From NCBI GenBank assembly GCA_963785725.1, contig CAWAWS010000020.1, forward strand, positions 256,001-320,000: a DNA stretch of 64,000 nucleotides, given 5' to 3'. The DNA is from an uncultured delta proteobacterium (GTDB lineage Bacteria > Myxococcota_A > Polyangia > Palsa-1104). Numbering within the stretch: position 1 is the first letter of the stretch; the number at the start of each line of letters is the position of its first letter. A program made the position numbers and the translations under genes. Shown here in pieces: positions 62,733 through 64,000 of this stretch. Under the pieces are notes generated by a model. The model had not been told where the DNA came from. It searched no databases and saw only the letters and a list, made by a program, of their open reading frames with translations.

Positions 62733-63450
62733 GTTGTTCCAACTCGCAGCCGCCGCGCCGCGAGGGATTGCCCAGGCGTGCCGCCACTTCGGCATCTCGC
62801 GTAAGGCCTTCTACAAGTGGAAGAAGCGCCACGACGATCACGGCGACTCTGGGCTATGCGACCGCTCGCGCACCCCATTGCGCTCTCCCAACGCCACGCC
62901 GCCGGAAGTCGTGAGCAAGATTCTCTACCCGCGGCAGAACTACCACTTCGGGCCGCGCAGGATTGCCGACTACCTGGCTCGCTTTCACAGCATCCCATTG
63001 CCGGCTCGTCGGTGCATCGCATCCTCCGCAAGCACGGCGTGAACCGGCTGCCGGCCAATCAGAAGCACCAGCAACACGCCAAGCGCTGGCTGCGCTTCGA
63101 AAAGGCCCAGCCCGGTCATCGGCTTCAGCTGGACGTGAAGTTTCTCGAGCGCATCCCTGGTAAGCGCAAGCGGCTCTACCAGTTCACCGCTATCGACGAC
63201 TGCACGCGCATTCGCATCTTGAAGATTTACGACGCCTGCAATCAATCCACTGCTGTCAGATTCATAGACGAGGTCATTCGTCGTTTGCCCTTCCGGATTC
63301 TCGTCGTGCAGACGGACAACGGCGCGGAGTTCCAGTCGAAGTTTCACTGGCACTTGGACGAGCTCGACATTCGCCACGTCTACATCAAACCGCGAACGCC
63401 ACGCCTCAACGGCAAGGTCGAACGCTCACACCGCGTCGACAATCAGGAGG
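62733..63450 (+). mobile_element. IS481-family transposase remnant, truncated at both ends, one frameshift
   Basis: ACRHFGISRKAFYKW HTH, LQLDVK, TAIDDCTR, QTDNGAEF, PRLNGKVERSHR. Confidence 0.88.
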
Positions 63451-63634
63451 AATCCGACCGACGAGACGCGTTTCGCCGACCGGATTCGAAACGCATCGCC
63501 GCCGCCGCGCCCGGCCCTGAGCCGCCGACTCCGCCGCGTGGCCTAGATCACATCGCACAGGCGCTACGAATAGGTCGTTCGTCGTACTCGTCCGTACTAC
63601 GGTGCTCACACGCCCGACCCCGAGGCCGAATACG

Positions 63635-64000
63635 ATGAAGACGCGCCCGTATTTACTCGCCCTGCTGCTGCTCGCCCCGCCTTCCCTGGCTTCCGCCAAC
63701 GAGCTGCCGAGCGACCCCGAAGCGCTGTTCACGCAAGGACAATACGAGGCCGCGCTCGTCGGCTTCGCCGCCGCCAGCCTACGCGAGCACGACGACGCAC
63801 CGTACATGCGCGGGCTGGTGGGCGCCGTGCGCTGCGAAATGCTGCTCGGTCGCCATCCCGACGCGTTCGAGCGCCTGCGTCGCGCGCGGCTGCCGGCGGA
63901 CGTCGGAATGCGCGCCATCGTCGAGCTGCTGCGGCTGCAGCTGCTGTTCGAGCTGCAGCGCGGTGGCGGCATCAGCGACGGTAACGCGCCACCCGTCCAC
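63635..64000 (+). CDS. Secreted helical (TPR-like) protein, runs off the right edge
   Basis: MKTRPYLLALLLLAPPSLASA signal peptide, EALFTQGQYEAA; open to the edge. Confidence 0.6.
   Translation, partial: MKTRPYLLALLLLAPPSLASANELPSDPEALFTQGQYEAALVGFAAASLREHDDAPYMRGLVGAVRCEMLLGRHPDAFERLRRARLPADVGMRAIVELLRLQLLFELQRGGGISDGNAPPVH

Overview
High-GC bacterial chromosomal DNA. The gene repertoire (TonB-C-fused TonB-dependent receptor, AgmX/PglI-type domain, Cys-rich OmpA lipoprotein, many lipoproteins) suggests Myxococcota/Polyangia; this is inference, not a marker-gene call. 1-25.9 kb is mostly core genes: Ada-AlkA, YhbY, ABC ATPase, PolX-PHP, OmpA, MarR, M28 peptidase, LysR/SDR, cupin, TBDR, methyltransferase, AcnA, MATE, ABC transporter, YfhO-like protein and GNATs. 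25.9-35.9 kb looks like a decayed island integrated at tRNA-Phe(GAA), with a broken tyrosine integrase, a degenerate tRNA 3'-end copy at about 25.93 kb, and cargo of lipoproteins plus a histidine kinase. 38-43.4 kb is a second decayed accessory zone (AlbA_2 pseudogene, stand-alone HsdR-N nuclease, gene fragments) that shares two dispersed repeats with the island. 43.4-56.8 kb is a complete group 1h (high-affinity, atmospheric-H2 type) [NiFe]-hydrogenase cluster with hypABFCDE, accessory genes, protease and Ni permease. 56.9-64 kb holds IS66/IS481 remnants, an HTTM gene pair and a MITE. Many conserved genes carry small indels that are most likely long-read errors. I found no CRISPR array or rRNA, and no new system can be proven from the sequence alone. 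The best leads are a four-copy 18-bp motif upstream of a non-canonical PolX, the two-gene HTTM (gamma-carboxylase-like) module, the lipoprotein island with shared sigma54-like leaderless promoters, and the dispersed small-gene repeats.
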